Source of the DNA: Patescibacteria group bacterium
GTDB lineage: Bacteria; Patescibacteriota; Patescibacteriia; UBA9570; JAHJKD01
NCBI GenBank assembly: GCA_018822435.1
Contig: JAHJKD010000049.1
Coordinates: 6,511-70,510 of the forward strand
Length of the DNA: 64,000 nt
Direction of reading: 5' to 3'
Shown in pieces: positions 1-8,426 of the stretch. How positions within the stretch are numbered: the stretch's first letter is position 1; every line of letters starts with the position of its first letter. Under the pieces are notes generated by a model, which was given only the letters and a program-made list of their open reading frames with translations, did no database searches and was not told where the DNA came from. The position numbers and the translations under genes are program-made.

Positions 1-146
1 CCATTGATAGTACAATACCAGCCAGTAAAGCCGGCTTCAAAGTCGCCGTTAACCATGATGTTCTTATTATAAGATGCTTGAGCAGTTGCTCCGCCTACTA
101 ATGCGCCCAAAGCGCAAAATAGCGAGATTATTAATAGTTTTTTCAT
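1..146 (-). CDS. Secreted protein, N-terminal part (signal peptide MKKLLIISLFCALGALVGGATAQA); gene continues beyond window start
   Basis: ATG at 144-146 (minus), hydrophobic signal peptide, open frame to position 1. Confidence 0.4.
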   Translation of the reverse strand, partial: MKKLLIISLFCALGALVGGATAQASYNKNIMVNGDFEAGFTGWYCTIN

Positions 147-207
147 ATATTTTAGTTAAAAATATTCTATATTTTATTTTACTTGGTGGAATCAGTATTG
201 GCAAGAA

Positions 208-756
208 TTATAAGATAAACCAAGATTTAATGAAATAATAAATTCCTAATATATATTGAACATAATCTTTATATATTTTCTGTTCAAAACCGTCACAGGC
301 ATCATCAGCCCATAAACCAACTTTATCTAAATATGCCTGTTGTTCGTAATCAATAAAATCATCGTATAATTTATAATTCTCATCCGTATAAGCATAAGCA
401 TAGCCTTCTTTTATCAATAACTCATTTACAAAAACATCGTCCACATAAACATATCTTAATAAACGATTATATTTATCTCTATCCCCGGCTCCGGCATCAG
501 GTTCTAAAACTACATCTTTTCCTTCTAGTAAATCTTTTGTTCTTTGTGATGCTTCTTTACCGAAACACTCCTCATCACGATACGGATTCTGAACTTCAGG
601 CGTGTCTATTCCTAAAAACCTGACGCTTTCGATTGTCCCATCTATGTCAGCTTTAATTGTATCACCGTCGATTACTTCAACTACTTCATAAGCAAATAAG
701 GGCAGAGGGGCTGCCAAGAATACAAGCACAAATATTTTAAAGAAATATTTAGCCAA
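208..756 (-). CDS. Secreted thermonuclease (staphylococcal/micrococcal nuclease, SNase-like)
   Basis: Signal peptide then VIDGDT motif and Ca-binding D/E pattern typical of the SNc fold. Confidence 0.8.
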   Translation of the reverse strand: MAKYFFKIFVLVFLAAPLPLFAYEVVEVIDGDTIKADIDGTIESVRFLGIDTPEVQNPYRDEECFGKEASQRTKDLLEGKDVVLEPDAGAGDRDKYNRLLRYVYVDDVFVNELLIKEGYAYAYTDENYKLYDDFIDYEQQAYLDKVGLWADDACDGFEQKIYKDYVQYILGIYYFIKSWFIL

Positions 757-1231
757 GATAAGGATAATTAAGATACCAAAAGGCCAGATTCAGGAAAGAG
801 GCAAACGTGACCCAGACAATATACGGCACCATGAGCCAGCCGGCCGCTTTGTCTATCTTGAAGAAAAATATAGTAGTAATGATTATTAAACCGAGGAGGA
901 GTAGGATCTCAAGATATGCCAAACCTAGATTATGCCAGCCAAAGAAAATATGGCTCCAAAGAGCGTTGAAGTAGAGCTGGGTGAAGAAGAATATAATAGC
1001 CGCACCAAAACGATTGTCCTGCCTTTTTTCCCAGACCAGGAACAAGGCGATGCCCATAAGCGTGTAGAGGAGAACCCAGGCCGGGCCAAAGAGCCAGTTG
1101 GGCGGCGCAAAGACCGGTTCGATCAAAGTGTCGTACCAGGTGGCGATATTAGGATATGTGGCAATGGCGCCGATACCGCCGGCTACCTGACATATTAAAA
1201 TGGCGAGTAATGCTTGGCCAAATCTTTTCAT
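749..1231 (-). CDS. tspO: TspO/MBR tryptophan-rich sensory protein
   Basis: 5-TM protein with Trp-rich PPNWLFGPAWVLLY motif; 160 aa. Confidence 0.8.
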   Translation of the reverse strand: MKRFGQALLAILICQVAGGIGAIATYPNIATWYDTLIEPVFAPPNWLFGPAWVLLYTLMGIALFLVWEKRQDNRFGAAIIFFFTQLYFNALWSHIFFGWHNLGLAYLEILLLLGLIIITTIFFFKIDKAAGWLMVPYIVWVTFASFLNLAFWYLNYPYLG

Positions 1232-1249
1232 ATCTATTTTTATTAATTT

Positions 1250-1543
1250 TTATAGATTAATTATAGCAGATGGGACCAGGATTATAAAGACAACAAGGGC
1301 TTGGATTAGAATTATTATGGCTAAAAAAAATTGGAAAGATATTTTCTTAGTTTTATGTCTGAATAAAAACATGCTAAAAAGAGCCCCGATAGAACCCCCG
1401 ATCAGAGCTAAAATCCAAAGAAGACTTTCGGGAATGCGCCAAGACTTTGCTGATGCCATCCATTTATCAAACCAAAAAATAATAAATGCAATTAAATTTA
1501 TTATCCCTAAATATATTAATATGCCTAGTTGTAGGTTGGTCAT
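1250..1543 (-). CDS. DUF1294 small membrane protein
   Basis: W-R-I-P-E ... FRHKTKK motif between two TM helices. Confidence 0.55.
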   Translation of the reverse strand: MTNLQLGILIYLGIINLIAFIIFWFDKWMASAKSWRIPESLLWILALIGGSIGALFSMFLFRHKTKKISFQFFLAIIILIQALVVFIILVPSAIINL

Positions 1544-1544
1544 T

Positions 1545-1910
1545 TTATTTTAGAAAATTCTTGATATTTTCAGCAACTATTTTTGGGGGGTTTTCATTTT
1601 TAAACCAGTAATCGCGCAGGCCAATCATCATTCCTTTTTGCTTGTATTCGTCAATGGCCATGCTAGATAAGGCAAATATAGGCACGTCTTTAGTGCGGTC
1701 GTCTTCCAGAACACGCTGGCCCATTTCAAAGCCGTTCATTTCCGGCATCATTATATCAGTGAGGATAATATCAGGTTTTATTTCGAGAACCTTTTCAACC
1801 ACGTCTTTAGGCGGGTATTCAAAATGGATGACTTCAAAACCGGCTTTTTCTAAAGCGGTTTTATACATAGCATAAAATCTAGGAGTGTCTTCAAAATATA
1901 GGATTTTCAT
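1545..1910 (-). CDS. Stand-alone response-regulator receiver domain (CheY-like)
   Basis: D-D-T...K receiver signature (DIILTDIMMPEMNG), 121 aa, no output domain. Confidence 0.8.
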   Translation of the reverse strand: MKILYFEDTPRFYAMYKTALEKAGFEVIHFEYPPKDVVEKVLEIKPDIILTDIMMPEMNGFEMGQRVLEDDRTKDVPIFALSSMAIDEYKQKGMMIGLRDYWFKNENPPKIVAENIKNFLK

Positions 1911-2094
1911 ATATGAATTCTACCAATTTTGCCCAAAGAAAGCCACCAACCAATTATAACCCCTCCATTGGCTGGTGGCTGGTGAAAGCCTCTGGCCAAG
2001 AATGGTAATTGGCAGTGGCTTTCCTTGTTTGTTGTTGACCCGTTTACGCTGTTTGTTTCAGAAGTCTCCGTCGTCATAGGCAGCTGTCCTCTTA

Positions 2095-2265
2095 TCCACG
2101 TGGATCGTGGCCGGCTCCGGAGGCTTGGCCGGCTCGCCCGTGTCCGCCTGGACAGCGGACTGATCCTCCATCTTCTGGGGGGCGGCCTGCAAAGAGACGC
2201 GCCCGGGCGACGCAAGGCACCCCTGCGGCGAGTGCCAAAGAAATCAGGCAAATCAGTAATTTCAT
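2095..2265 (-). CDS. Small secreted peptide (57 aa, MKLLICLISLALAAGVPC...), GC-rich; not in supplied ORF track
   Basis: ATG at 2263-2265 (minus) with AAGGA upstream; clean signal peptide; only protein-like frame in 1.91-2.27 kb; downstream hairpin 1945-1985. Confidence 0.25.
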
Positions 2266-2488
2266 GAGTTTTTTCCTTTCTTTTCTTTCCTCTGAGCCAA
2301 CAACACTTATAATTTCATATATTTAATGTTCTGTGCCAATTTTTAGGTTCCTCCATGCGAGGCGCGTTCCTTTGCTGACCGGCGGGTACAAGTAATATGA
2401 ATATTTACATATAAAAACTTGACATTAAATATGATTATTACTAAGCTATGTCGGAAAACTTAAAGCCCTTTAAGGAGGAAAACGGGAA

Positions 2489-2869
2489 ATGAAGAGAAGG
2501 TATTACGTATTGTTTGAGAATGAAGATGCGCGGGAACAAAAGGAATTGTTCATCAGCCGGCAGGAAGCGGCGGCAATCAAGTCCCTGGCCGTCCTGATGG
2601 ACAACCCGGCTTTCAACGGGGATGCGGAGGGCGTATTCGCCTACCTGTGCGGGTTTGTCTGGTTCCGCAAGTTCCATGGCCTGAAACCAGGCGAGGCCGT
2701 CCGGTTCCGCACGGGCCAGTCTGCCTACCACCCCCGGGAGGAGAACCAGGACGACGACATCATCCATGTCTGGACGCAGGAGTACTTCCTGGCCGGAAAC
2801 CGATGGATGCTGAGCCTGCTCATCAAGATCGAAGACGACGAGGACGTCGACGTAGTGGTGCAGGAGTAG
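2489..2869 (+). CDS. Hypothetical protein, GC-rich island gene A (126 aa, acidic C-terminus)
   Basis: AAGGAGG SD 8 nt upstream; about 60% GC CDS in AT-rich flanks; terminator follows. Confidence 0.6.
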   Translation: MKRRYYVLFENEDAREQKELFISRQEAAAIKSLAVLMDNPAFNGDAEGVFAYLCGFVWFRKFHGLKPGEAVRFRTGQSAYHPREENQDDDIIHVWTQEYFLAGNRWMLSLLIKIEDDEDVDVVVQE

Positions 2870-2888
2870 GCCGGCATGGCCGGTAAAA

Positions 2889-2930
2889 GGCCCTGGATAG
2901 CAAGAAGCTGTCCAGGGCCAAATTTTTTTC
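2889..2930 (+). terminator. Rho-independent terminator (GGCCCTGGA...TCCAGGGCC + T7)
   Basis: 9-bp GC stem, T-run. Confidence 0.7.
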
Positions 2931-2964
2931 TAAAAAATACAATAAATTGTCAATTGAAAAAGCC

Positions 2965-2996
2965 TTGACAAATTTATACTTACAGTGTAACTTGGC
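2965..2996 (+). promoter_or_regulatory. Sigma70-like promoter (TTGACA -35) for island gene B
   Basis: TTGACA at 2965-2970, TG-n-TAACTT-like -10 about 17 nt downstream; AT-rich. Confidence 0.3.
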
Positions 2997-3042
2997 GAAG
3001 ATTCTAAGGCCAATTTTTTAACCAACAAGGAGGGCACGAAAC

Positions 3043-3435
3043 ATGGCTGATTGGATTCTGAAGCACGTGATGGGCGAGAGCGAAGAGCAGAAACGATGGG
3101 AGATGGAGATGGCCGAGGACCTGGGCCTGGCTCTCCTGCACTTCGACTACACGGGCATGACCAAGGACAACGGCTCCCTGGTGTGGCGTTTCCTGCAGGA
3201 CTTCCCCCAGTTCTGCCAGGCCAATGGCGTCACCAGGATGGGCCGCCCCAAAGTCAAGTTCATCGACTGCCACAAGGTACCCAGGGATCAGCTTGAAGAT
3301 TCCCAGGGCGTGGTCTGGTACCTGGAAATCACGGTGAACGACAACCCGCAGCGGATGGAGATTACCCGCGTCGATCCGGACGCGCGGCAGGTACACCTGC
3401 CCGTGCATCACGATCTGGCCTGGTCGCCCACATAG
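3043..3435 (+). CDS. Hypothetical protein, GC-rich island gene B (130 aa)
   Basis: AAGGAGGG SD 7 nt upstream; about 58% GC; own terminator. Confidence 0.6.
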   Translation: MADWILKHVMGESEEQKRWEMEMAEDLGLALLHFDYTGMTKDNGSLVWRFLQDFPQFCQANGVTRMGRPKVKFIDCHKVPRDQLEDSQGVVWYLEITVNDNPQRMEITRVDPDARQVHLPVHHDLAWSPT

Positions 3436-3446
3436 GAGGAGCAAAA

Positions 3447-3488
3447 CCCCCCGACTTAGCAATGCTAAGCCGGGGGTGCTCTTTTTTA
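3447..3488 (+). terminator. Rho-independent terminator (CCCCCG..CGGGGG + T-run)
   Basis: Hairpin 3447-3476 then TTTTTT. Confidence 0.7.
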
Positions 3489-3499
3489 ATAGGTTTTTT

Positions 3500-4288
3500 T
3501 TACTTTGATTCTAAATTTTTAATCTCTTCTTTAAGTTCAATAATCTTCTTTTCCCGGCCCACCATGAGTTTGTTCATCTTATCGGATTGTTCTTTTTTGG
3601 CTTCCAACTCTTGCATTACAATTTCGCGCTGCTTCGCCTCTTTCTTTAACTCTATATTGGCTTTCTCTAAATCAGAAGTTGCATGACGAATATCTCCGGC
3701 CTGGCTTTCAATAAGCCTGGACCGGGCTTCTTGGCCCCGCGCATAAATAAGAACCACCAAAGATATAATGGCCATGCTTATTACAGTAAGCCAGGTTTCA
3801 TATGGTATATACGGCATATCAATGACTCGTATTGACTGAAGTATGGCTGCGGTAATCATAAAAGCGAATAATGCAAGGGTCCAATAAACGCCTTTTCTAT
3901 AACCCATTAATAAGAAAATTGCCGGGGGATATAAATAAATCCACAAGTTTCCCGTAGCAAAAAATCCGCCGGTCCCAAAATTATGAATAGACATTGCAGT
4001 AATCACAAAAGCTCCAATTTGAAAAGAAATCTCCATTTTTTTTGTAACCCGTAATATTATTAAGGCAGTCAGTAAAAGTATTATAAATGTAATTTCTAAG
4101 AAAGCTGGGTAATAATCTTTTATTTGCAGGTTTACAATGACATAATATGTGAAAATAATAATACCGAGAAAAGCGACGATATGAAAAAACCGAATACGGG
4201 AATAATTAATATCCGTACGTTTGAGCTCTATGCCAGATTGTAATATATTATCAATCCATTTCATGTTAATCATTATAACAAAAAACAA
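3500..4288 (-). CDS. Membrane sensor protein (5-6 TM) with C-terminal coiled coil ending in the G-R-E motif (KLMVGREKKIIELKEEI); no kinase domain
   Basis: TM helices plus Lys/Glu coiled coil; C-terminal motif shared with ORFs 20822-22120 and 22185-23591. Confidence 0.55.
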   Translation of the reverse strand: MFFVIMINMKWIDNILQSGIELKRTDINYSRIRFFHIVAFLGIIIFTYYVIVNLQIKDYYPAFLEITFIILLLTALIILRVTKKMEISFQIGAFVITAMSIHNFGTGGFFATGNLWIYLYPPAIFLLMGYRKGVYWTLALFAFMITAAILQSIRVIDMPYIPYETWLTVISMAIISLVVLIYARGQEARSRLIESQAGDIRHATSDLEKANIELKKEAKQREIVMQELEAKKEQSDKMNKLMVGREKKIIELKEEIKNLESK

Positions 4289-4329
4289 GGCACTTGTATA
4301 AGCGCCCTGTTTTTATTTACACTGTTTAA

Positions 4330-4791
4330 TTATTTCATAAAACCTTTGCCCATGCCTTTGCCCATGCCGGGTCCGTGGCCCATGCCCATGCCGTCAGGCA
4401 GTCCCAGTTCCTCGCGGATTTCCTGGGCGCCATCGAAATCGCCTTCTTGCATAAGTTTATGCATTTCAGCGAAGCGGTCAAAATTGCCTTCATTCACATA
4501 ATCCGTGATTTGAGGGCGGGAATCGATGATCTCTTTCCATTTGGCGTAATCGCCATCAGTCAGAGCGTTTTCCATCTCATCCTTTTGCGCCTGCATTTCT
4601 TCGCGATGCTGGCCCATTTCGGCCTGTACTTCCTGCTTTTGCTCGTCAGTAAGCTTGTCCCATACTGACGAGATGCCAGGGCCGGCCGCTTTGGTGGCGG
4701 CTGTGGCCGTCATCAGGCCGACAACGCCGACCGCGGCGACCGCGGCGACTAAGGAAAATGCGGTCAGGCTTTTTTTAACCTTTTGCTTCAT
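4330..4791 (-). CDS. Periplasmic CpxP/Spy-like (LTxxQ) protein with Gly/Met-rich tail
   Basis: Signal peptide; LTDEQKQ repeat motif; MGMGHGPGMGKGMGKG tail. Confidence 0.45.
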   Translation of the reverse strand: MKQKVKKSLTAFSLVAAVAAVGVVGLMTATAATKAAGPGISSVWDKLTDEQKQEVQAEMGQHREEMQAQKDEMENALTDGDYAKWKEIIDSRPQITDYVNEGNFDRFAEMHKLMQEGDFDGAQEIREELGLPDGMGMGHGPGMGKGMGKGFMK

Positions 4792-4832
4792 AAATAAATT
4801 ATTTAATTATTAAGATGACTTGGCCAGTCACT

Positions 4833-5612
4833 TTAATAATACGAGGGTTGATATTCTTTTATTTCAATATTTAATTTTTTACCTCTTGGATTAGGTTGTT
4901 CAGGATGGAAAGGTTTGTTCTTTCCTTTATCCCAAGGCCTGATGCCAAAGGCTTCTATCTCGTCTTCATCAATCCTTTCGCCAATAACCCTTATTTTTCC
5001 GCCTTGTAATAATTCTAATTCAGGTGGAACCATTGTTTCTCTAGAAAACATTACTTCCCACTCATCTCCGTTCCAATCAATTAAAATCAGGCTATCAGAC
5101 GATACGCTACCGATAATACCGGCAATTGTGCCGGCGTCAGGCTGCATCCAGATCATATGCGGGACAGGGACAACACGATGGTAGCCAGGCAAATGCTGCT
5201 CTAATTTATTCTCAATATATTGTGTCAGGCCAGTATAATAAAATAAAGCCGCCAATAATATTGTGCCAATCAAGATGACTATAACAATAAAATGCCATTT
5301 AATTTTATAGCCTTGCTTAGTTTTTCTGAATTCAACAAATGCCAGGATGGCCAGAGCCAGAGATAATATCAGCCAGAAATAAGGCAAAGCCCTCAGCATA
5401 TTGAGTACCCGTCCCGGCATAGCCATAAATAAACGAAAATCCTGCTGAACGGTAATTTCCCAACTTAGAGCAATAGCTAAAGCAATTATTGGAATACCAA
5501 TTATAAGAAGAGACCATAATAAAACTTCGCTAAAAGTATACCGCCATTTTGGCCTAGGCTTAATGTCGTTTTTCTTGATTTGTTCGTTGATCTTGTCTGA
5601 TATATTGGTCAT
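4833..5612 (-). CDS. Membrane protein translationally coupled to the ECF sigma factor (putative anti-sigma/regulator)
   Basis: 4-nt overlap with sigma gene; 4 TM helices + extracytoplasmic domain. Confidence 0.4.
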   Translation of the reverse strand: MTNISDKINEQIKKNDIKPRPKWRYTFSEVLLWSLLIIGIPIIALAIALSWEITVQQDFRLFMAMPGRVLNMLRALPYFWLILSLALAILAFVEFRKTKQGYKIKWHFIVIVILIGTILLAALFYYTGLTQYIENKLEQHLPGYHRVVPVPHMIWMQPDAGTIAGIIGSVSSDSLILIDWNGDEWEVMFSRETMVPPELELLQGGKIRVIGERIDEDEIEAFGIRPWDKGKNKPFHPEQPNPRGKKLNIEIKEYQPSYY

Positions 5613-6178
5613 AAGTTTGTTCCCTCCATTTCCTTTTTCAATTGTTTCTTGGCCCGGTTGATTAATGTTCCGACTGTATTTACTGGTTTTTTTATAATGT
5701 CTGAGATTTCTTCATATGAGTATTCATTGAGATATTTAAGCTGCAGGACTTCCCTATATTTGAAATCCAGCTTATTTATTGCCTGCTGGACTTCCTCTTT
5801 AAGAGCTTTTTCATCCAGTTTTTCTTTTATGTCAAAATCATCTTTCAAAAGATAAGCAATTTCATCATCCTCCAGATCTGGCATGCCCATTTCTTTCTTG
5901 TGCTTGCGCCAATAAGAGATAGTTTCATTGTGAGCAATAGAAAATAACCAGGAGGAAAATTTCCGCTTCTGGTCAAAGGCATTGAGGTTTTGGTAGGCTT
6001 TGAGGAATATTTCCTGGGCAATGTCTTCCGCTTCTTCGCGGCGGACACCGGAAATCCGAACTATATAGTTGATTATTTTGCTTTCGTATTTTTTTACCAA
6101 ATCAGTGTATATAGCCGGGTTTTCCAGAGTCATCTGAACCAAAACAATATCCTCATTTGAGCCTTCTTTTTCAGGCAT
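5609..6178 (-). CDS. ECF-type RNA polymerase sigma-70 factor
   Basis: Region 2 (IAQEIFLKAY, SWLFSIAHN) and region 4 HTH (YSYEEISDIIKKPVNTVGTLINRAKKQL). Confidence 0.8.
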   Translation of the reverse strand: MPEKEGSNEDIVLVQMTLENPAIYTDLVKKYESKIINYIVRISGVRREEAEDIAQEIFLKAYQNLNAFDQKRKFSSWLFSIAHNETISYWRKHKKEMGMPDLEDDEIAYLLKDDFDIKEKLDEKALKEEVQQAINKLDFKYREVLQLKYLNEYSYEEISDIIKKPVNTVGTLINRAKKQLKKEMEGTNL

Positions 6179-6236
6179 ACTCTAATTAATACGCATAATT
6201 TATGTATAATATTTCAAATGGTAGCTAGCGTCAATA

Positions 6237-6252
6237 GAACCGCAGATTACGC
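6237..6252. repeat. 5' arm of an imperfect inverted repeat (GAACCGCAGATTACGC) enclosing the GxxExxY ORF
   Basis: 14/16 reverse-complement match to 6684-6699 and 6723-6738. Confidence 0.6.
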
Positions 6253-6266
6253 TGATTTGGCAGATT

Positions 6267-6656
6267 TCACAGATTTTTTCTTTTAGAATTTATTAATCTT
6301 TTAAATTGGAGGCTGCGAGTGCCGAAATTTAGTAATAAGCCAATTTCCATATTAAAGGCCTCAAGATAATTGATTGCCTGGGCATAATGGACTTTTTCCA
6401 ATTCTGAAACTGCCTTTAATTCGACCAAAACTTTCCCTTCCACCATCATATCAACTCTTCTACGGCCCATCATGATGCCATCGTAAAAAATAGGCATCTC
6501 TTTTTCACGAATATGGCTAATATTATTTTTCTGGAACTCTCGAGCCAAACATCTTTGATAAATTGATTCTTGGTATCCACTACCAAGACTACTATGCACA
6601 TTCATAGCACAACCAATAATTTTACCAGTTAAATCTTTATATTTATATTTTTCCAT
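6267..6656 (-). CDS. GxxExxY family protein (PD-(D/E)XK nuclease superfamily)
   Basis: GYQESIY motif, D...E.K core (VDMMVEGKVLVELK), 129 aa. Confidence 0.7.
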   Translation of the reverse strand: MEKYKYKDLTGKIIGCAMNVHSSLGSGYQESIYQRCLAREFQKNNISHIREKEMPIFYDGIMMGRRRVDMMVEGKVLVELKAVSELEKVHYAQAINYLEAFNMEIGLLLNFGTRSLQFKRLINSKRKNL

Positions 6657-6677
6657 TTTTTATTATTTAAAAAAATA

Positions 6678-6739
6678 AATCTGCGTAATCTATGGTTCCA
6701 TCTGCGAAATCATTCCAATCTGCGTAATCTATGGTTCCA
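6678..6739. repeat. 23-nt perfect tandem direct repeat x2 (AATCTGCGTAATCTATGGTTCCA) with a partial third copy; 3' arm of the inverted repeat
   Basis: Copies at 6678-6700 and 6717-6739. Confidence 0.8.
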
Positions 6740-6791
6740 AACCACAAAAAAACAGAGGCGCCGAGCCTCTATTTCCTGATTTGATATTAAA

Positions 6792-8267
6792 TTATTTACT
6801 TTGTGATGTCAACCATTTATATAAGTATTCGGTGGCCCGGACATCATCTTCGTTGTAATTGATAATATCCTGCAAGACTTGCTTGTCCCCTGTTTCCAGC
6901 CATTTCTCATACCAGAAAATTGACTGGGCACCGCCGGCCTTGGGATGGCGCCATTTGAAGTCTAAAAATTTTGACTTGGCAATATCTTTAACAGAATAAA
7001 AATACAAAGGAAAAATTACACTGTCTAAAACAATTTCATATAAATCTACCAGACGTGAATGAAATTTTTCAAAAGCGTCATTACGGCCGTATTCGTCAGC
7101 CATTTTTCTGGTGCGGATTTTTTCATACGGGGCATAATGATAAACCAGATAATCTTCGGGCAAAGTTTCCAGCCAGTCAATAAAATCTTCCCACATGGCT
7201 TTTTCATCTTCTGGTTTTTCCGCCAGGAAATAAATAAAATATTTTTCTTCTTTTCCATCGGGCACAACATTGGCATGTTCGTATAATAATTCCATTTTAG
7301 GATCGCCGGAAACCCAAAAACCGAACATATATTCCACCTGCAACAACGGATCGCCTTCTATATCAAAAAATAATTTTAATTTTGCGTCTGGAATTTTTGG
7401 ATTTTTCAACCATTTAAGATCGCCGTCCTGCAAGGCTTGGGCTTGTATCTTTGCGCGCTCTAATATTTTTCGGCTGGCATGCGGTATCTTGGGTAGTGAG
7501 CCGACATCCATTTTTGCTGCCTGCTCAACTGTTTTTATCCCTAGCTCTCTTAGTTTTTCGTGAGCGCGAGAATCAAGTTTGTATATTAAGGCAATGTCGT
7601 TTTCTTTTTCCGCGTCTTTGACGCATTTATCAAACCAGGGGGAATTTTTATAGGTGCTGGTTAATTTTAACGGCGGTTTTTTGCCTCTGATTATTTCAAG
7701 TATTTCCTCTATTTGGGCTTTTGTTTTTATAATAAGGCTTTTTGTGATCTTAACCTCTTTTTGAATACCATCTTTATTGATAATAGCGGCAGTGGCAGGC
7801 AGCTTGCCCTGAACTTTCTCCAAAATCAGAGAATACAGAACAAGCTGTTGGCGCTGTTCTTTTTTTATGTCTTTTGATGATTTAATATCTATGGCAATAT
7901 ATCCGCCATCTTCCCGCTTTAAGAAATCGGGCCGGCCGCGATAAATAATGCCCTTTTCTTCATACTGGATTTCACCCTGATAGATCAGGTCAGCGCCTTC
8001 TTGCATCAGCTTTTTTGTGTGCTGGAAGGCAGGCAAAGGTGAAGTTTCTTTCACTTCTCTAAATTTTAAATTTTTTACATATTCTTCTTCATACAACACA
8101 CCCTGCTCAAGAAGCTTTTCCATGAGTTCAGGCATTTCACCTTTTTCTTTTTTTTCAGTGTAGATATCGTGCCAGAGCCAATGAGGAGCCGTGCCGTATT
8201 TAAAAAATAGCTGAGGAGTAAAAATAATTTTTTTTGTCTGAATTTTCATATTTTTATTATAACACAT
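6792..8267 (-). CDS. RecB-family nuclease (TM0106-like): N-terminal PD-(D/E)XK domain + C-terminal RNase H-like exonuclease domain
   Basis: IAIDIKSSK nuclease motif; FFDIEG ... YHYAPYE ... NEDDVRAT motifs. Confidence 0.6.
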   Translation of the reverse strand: MCYNKNMKIQTKKIIFTPQLFFKYGTAPHWLWHDIYTEKKEKGEMPELMEKLLEQGVLYEEEYVKNLKFREVKETSPLPAFQHTKKLMQEGADLIYQGEIQYEEKGIIYRGRPDFLKREDGGYIAIDIKSSKDIKKEQRQQLVLYSLILEKVQGKLPATAAIINKDGIQKEVKITKSLIIKTKAQIEEILEIIRGKKPPLKLTSTYKNSPWFDKCVKDAEKENDIALIYKLDSRAHEKLRELGIKTVEQAAKMDVGSLPKIPHASRKILERAKIQAQALQDGDLKWLKNPKIPDAKLKLFFDIEGDPLLQVEYMFGFWVSGDPKMELLYEHANVVPDGKEEKYFIYFLAEKPEDEKAMWEDFIDWLETLPEDYLVYHYAPYEKIRTRKMADEYGRNDAFEKFHSRLVDLYEIVLDSVIFPLYFYSVKDIAKSKFLDFKWRHPKAGGAQSIFWYEKWLETGDKQVLQDIINYNEDDVRATEYLYKWLTSQSK

Positions 8268-8426
8268 TTAAGTCATTGACTTTTTTGGGTTTCGGAGTAT
8301 GATAGGAAGGCTTTATACAGACCCTGGCCGACCGAAAAATAATGGCCGAACCAAAGGAAGCTGGCTGAAAACGCCGGCAATATAAGGCTTATTTAAACAA
8401 ATGAGTCTTTTTTAGATGCCAAAATT

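Noticed and set aside
1907-2267. ORFs 1907-2251 (-) 114 aa and 2025-2267 (+) 80 aa in the GC-rich island
   Set aside because: Arg/Pro/Gly low-complexity translations typical of wrong-frame reading of GC-rich DNA. Mutually overlapping. Only the 57-aa signal-peptide frame looks protein-like, and even that is low confidence.
6678-6739. Possible CRISPR array
   Set aside because: Only two and a half copies of a 23-nt repeat with a 16-nt spacer, and no cas genes. Interpreted as the flanking repeat of the GxxExxY cassette.
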